From the human T2T-CHM13v2.0 reference genome, Homo sapiens, in assembly GCF_009914755.1 (NCBI RefSeq), contig NC_060939.1: a stretch of DNA of 64,000 bases. The stretch is one strand, 5' to 3'. This document shows positions 56,701-64,000 of this stretch, piece by piece (position 1 is the stretch's first letter; the number at the start of each line of letters is the position of its first letter). Under the pieces are notes generated by a model, which ran no database searches, was not told where the DNA came from, and was given only the letters and a program-made list of their open reading frames with translations. A program made the position numbers and the translations under genes.

Positions 56701-56914
56701 AGTTCTTTGAGCACCTACTAAACACCAGGAATTATACCGCTGATTTCAGGAAGTAAGATAATGATACAGGCAATTACTATTCAATTTGATAAGTGCTATG
56801 AAAAGAGAAACACAGAATTCTATGGGGGCAGCTTATGTAGTGATGGGAAGGGATAGTCAGAGAAAGTTTCTCAGAGGAAGTGATATCTAAGTTGATAAAA
56901 AGAATATGAAAGAG

Positions 56915-59585
56915 GGCTTTCAATTCTAGCCATAAACAACTATGTAAACAGCACAAAATATCTAAAACAACTATTTTCAGGCACTGGACAGCAATCAAGG
57001 CAGAGCTCAATACTTGTAAGAAGGGAAATACAGAAGCTGAAACCCTGTTCACCCCAGCTTTTCCTCTGAGGGCATTTTCTTTGCTGAAGCACAGGGAAAT
57101 GGATGCAGAGAGTAGAAGTCTTGCTGGATGGAGGAAATAGGGATTGGAGTTGGGGCTGCAAAGATGACTAGGATTTGGGAAGGGCAGCATACCAGAAAGG
57201 AGAGAACAACAGGAAAAGAGTCTCAAAAGCTCTGTTGAAAGTTTCCCTCAGGTTCTTGGCTGACTCCTAAGCTGTGTATGCATAGTATGATACACTGGAA
57301 AATCTATCAGAAAACAGCCAATGGGAGCAGAGATTTTAGAGGTTGCCTCCTATTCTGGGAGGAAGGTGTTGGGGTTCATACCCAGTCAGAAAGGAGAGAC
57401 CTTAATGAATACTCTGGGATTTCATTTGAGACCCCAGAAAATCTATGCTCTAAGAGTAAAGACCACATCCTAGGAATAAGGGCAAAACTGTAACATCCAC
57501 AATATTCACAATATTTACAAAATGAGTAAATAATCAGGAAAAAATGGATAACCATGAGATAAAATAGTCACCAGAAGCAGACCAGAGATGATCCAGATAT
57601 TGGAGTTAACCAGCCAGGACTTCAAAATAATTATAATTAATGTGTTAAAGAAAATAGAACAAAAGATGGACAAATGGGATCAAGACAGATTATTGTGACA
57701 GAATTAGAATCTATAAAAAAAGAATCCAGTGGACATTCAGGAGCAAAATAAAATATCTGTAATAAAGAGTATATCGAATGGGTTTAGCTGCACAATGGAT
57801 ACAGCAGAAAGCTGGATTAGTGACCCTGAAGACAGATGAATAGAGGATATCTAAATTGTAGCACAGCAAGAGAAAAATGGAATAAAAAACTGAACAGAAA
57901 TATGAGAAATATGGCGAGAAGGCCTAACATACACACAATTCAAGTTTAGAAAGAAAAGGAGAGAAGAAATGGGACAAAAGCTATATTTTTAAAAATGAAG
58001 GTAGAGAATTTTCCAAATCTAATTAAAAGTATCAATGCAGATTCAAGAAGCTTTGGAAACCCTATGCAGAACAAATACAACAAAACTACATTTAGATACA
58101 TCATAGTCAAACTGCTGACATTAAAGGCAAATAAGAAAGCAACCACAAGAAAATGACATATTACATTCAAAAGAATGATAAAACTGATGGTTGACATCTC
58201 AACAGAAACTGTAAAGCCAATAGACAATGGAATGACATTTTAAAGTGCTAAAAGAAAAACTAGATAAGAAATACTTCAAAAATTAAGGTGAGATTAAGAT
58301 CTTTTCAGACAAACGAACAAAAACAAACAGAAAACCCAACTCCCAAGGCTGAAAGAACTCTTGTTAGCAGACTTATACCACAAGAAATACTAAGTAGAGT
58401 TCTTTGGCTGTAAGAAAATTATCTCAAATGAGAGCACAGAATTATATAAAAGAGACGAAGAACACCAGAAAGGGTAGCTATGTGGATAAGTAGACATAAA
58501 TATTAACAACTTAAAGCAACAATAACAATAATGTCTTGTGGAATTTATAACATGTGCAAAGGTAAAATATATGACAAAAATAACACAAAGGACAGGACAG
58601 GGGACTGGAATCAAACTGTCGTAAAGTTATTGTGTTACTTAGAAAGTGGTAAAATACTAATTGCAAGTAGATTGTAAAGCTGTGTTAGAAATGAAAATGG
58701 AGATATTACGACTGACACCACAGTGGTATAAGAGACCATTCAAGACTACTATGAACATCTATGCAAACAAACTAGAAAATCTAGAGGAAACACATAAATT
58801 CTTGGAAGCATACAACCATCCTAGCTTGAATCAGTAAGAAACAGTAATTTTGAACAGACCAATAACAAGCAGTGAGATTGAATCAGTAATTTAAAATATT
58901 GCCAACAAACAACTAAGATTTTAAATTATACAGCAGCTCTCTTGACCACCATGGAATTGAATTAGAAATATAATAGAAAGACAACTAGAAAATCTCCAAA
59001 TATTTGGAAATTAAAAAACACATTTCTAAATAACCCATGGTCCAAGGAAGAAATCATGATGAGAATTAGAAATTATTTTAACCTGAATGATAATGAAAAC
59101 ATCAAAATTTGTAGGATGCAGCTAAAGCAATGTTAGAGGAAATATATAGCCTTATATGTATATTTTAGAAAAGAAAAAGGGTCAGGAAATCAACAATTTA
59201 AGTAAGAAGCTAGAAAAAGATAAATTAAATAAAAAAATGGAAGAAATAATTAAAATGAGAATAGAAACCAATGAATGAGAAATCAGGGATTCAATAGAGA
59301 AAATCAGTAAAGCCCATAGTTGATCCTAGAACACATTAATAAAATTAATATGCCCATAGCAAGACTGATAAAAAATAAGAGGGACAACACAAATTACCAA
59401 AAAGAGAAATGAAAAAGAGGATATATAGATCTTATAGACATTGAAAAGATAATAGGAGGCTAATATGAATATTTGTGGATAAAATTTGAATGAAATGTAC
59501 AAATTACTTGAAAAACCCAAGTTACTAAAATTAACACAAGAAGGAGTAGCAAATCTGAATAATCCATTATCTTTAAGAAGTTGAG
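56915..59585 (+). mobile_element. Old, highly diverged L1M-type LINE-1 (5'UTR, ORF1 and ORF2 remnants) that hosts the younger L1
   Basis: A-rich sequence with degenerate L1 motifs (gagaattttccaaat, catcatagtcaaactgctg, aatatttggaaattaa...ctaaataacccatgg); boundaries approximate. Confidence 0.8.
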
Positions 59586-59886
59586 ATCCATTCCAAGATG
59601 GCCGAATAGGAACAGCTCCAGTCTGCAGCTCCCAGCATGATCGATGCAGAAGACGGGTGATTTCTGCATATCCAACTGAGCCTCCACTGGTGATATCCAG
59701 GCAAACAGGGTCTGGAGTGGACCTCCTGCAAACTCCAACAGACCTGCAGCTGAGGGACCCAACTATTAGAAGGAAAACTAACAAACAGAAAGGAATAGCA
59801 TCCACATCAACAAAAAGGACATCTACACCAAAACCCCATCTGTAGGTCACCAACATCAAAGACCAAAGGTAGATAAAACCTCAAAG

Positions 59887-60895
59887 ATGGGGAGAAACCA
59901 GAGCAGAAAAGCTGAAAACTCTAAAAGTCAGAGCACTTTTGTCCTCCAAAGGATCGCAGATCCTCACCAGCAATGGAACAAAGCTGGATGGAGAATGACT
60001 TTGACGAGTTGACAGAAGTAGGCTTCAGAAGGTTGGCAATAACAAGCTTCTCCGAGCTAAAGGAGCATGTTCAAACCCATCATAAGGAAGCTAAAAGCCT
60101 TGAAAAAAGGTTAGATGAGAGGCTAACTAGAATAAACAGTGTAGAGAAGACTTTAAATGACCTGATGGAGCTGAAAACCATGGCACAAGAACTTAGTGAT
60201 GCATGTGCAGCTTCAGTAGCTGATTCGATCAAGTGTATCAGTGATTGAAGATTAAATTCATGAAATAAAGTGAGAAGACAAGGTTAGAGAAGAAAGAGTA
60301 AAGACAAACAAAGCCTCCAAGAAATATGGGACTATGTGAAAAGACCAAATCTACGTTTGACTGGTGTACCTGAAAGTAATGGGGATAATGGAACCAAGTT
60401 GGAAAACAGTTTTCAGGATATTATCCAGGAGAACTTCCCCAATCTAGCAAGGCAGGCCAACATTCAAATTCAGGAAATACAGAGAACACCACAAAGATAC
60501 TCCTTGAGAAGGGCAACCCCAAGACACATAGTTGTCAGATTCACTAAGGTTGAAATGAAGGAAAAAATGTTAAGGCAGCCAGAGAGAAAGGTCGAGTTAC
60601 CCACAAAGGGAAGCCCATCAGACTAACAGCGGATCTCTCGGCAGAAACCTTAAAAGCCAGAAGAGTGTGGGGGCCAATATTCAACATTCTTAAAGAAAAG
60701 AATTTTCAACCCAGAATTTCATGTCCAGCCAAACTAAGCTTCATAAGTGAAGGAGAAACAAAATCCTTTACAGACAAGCAAACGCTGAGAGATTTTGTCA
60801 CCACCAGGCCTGCCTTACAAGAGCTCCTGAAGGAAGCACTAAATGTGGAAAGAAACAACTGGTACCAGCCACTGCAAAAACATGCCAAATTGTAA
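59887..60895 (+). pseudogene. L1 ORF1 (frameshifted, inactive)
   Basis: Fragments EQSWMENDFDEL, KRPNLRLTGVPES and KEKNFQPRISCPAKLSF...QKHAKL lie in different frames. Confidence 0.92.
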
Positions 60896-60962
60896 AGACT
60901 ATTGATGCTATGAAGAAACTGCATCAATTAACCAGCTAACATCATAACCAGCTAACATCATA

Positions 60963-64000
<3,038 letters not shown>

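Overview
Primate (very probably human) genomic DNA lying entirely inside the integrin alpha-11 gene (ITGA11), which is on the minus strand. Ten consecutive coding exons (exons 3-12 by my recollection of the gene structure) were located from GT-AG junctions that join in frame. They encode the N-terminal beta-propeller repeats and the collagen-binding I (VWA) domain with its MIDAS motif. Exons 1-2, the promoter and exons 13 onward are outside the window. The rest is intronic: about a dozen Alus, MIR, L2, MER and MLT relics, microsatellites, and a nested LINE-1 cluster at 56.9-64 kb. There are no prokaryotic features or CRISPR arrays, and I found no new gene system. The most notable observations are: (1) an L1PA element whose 5'UTR lacks a segment that starts exactly at the known L1 splice donor, i.e. 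a retrotransposed spliced L1 RNA that should lack the antisense promoter; (2) a ~94%-identical non-Alu inverted repeat of ~120 bp in intron 10; (3) I-domain exons 6-9 forming a 588-nt phase-symmetric cassette bracketed by inverted Alus, predicting an in-frame I-less skip product or a stop-free circular ORF; (4) a tandemly duplicated 5' splice site at exon 10; (5) several motif-dense candidate fibroblast enhancers. Repeat subfamily names come from recognising consensus sequence by eye and need RepeatMasker/Dfam confirmation.
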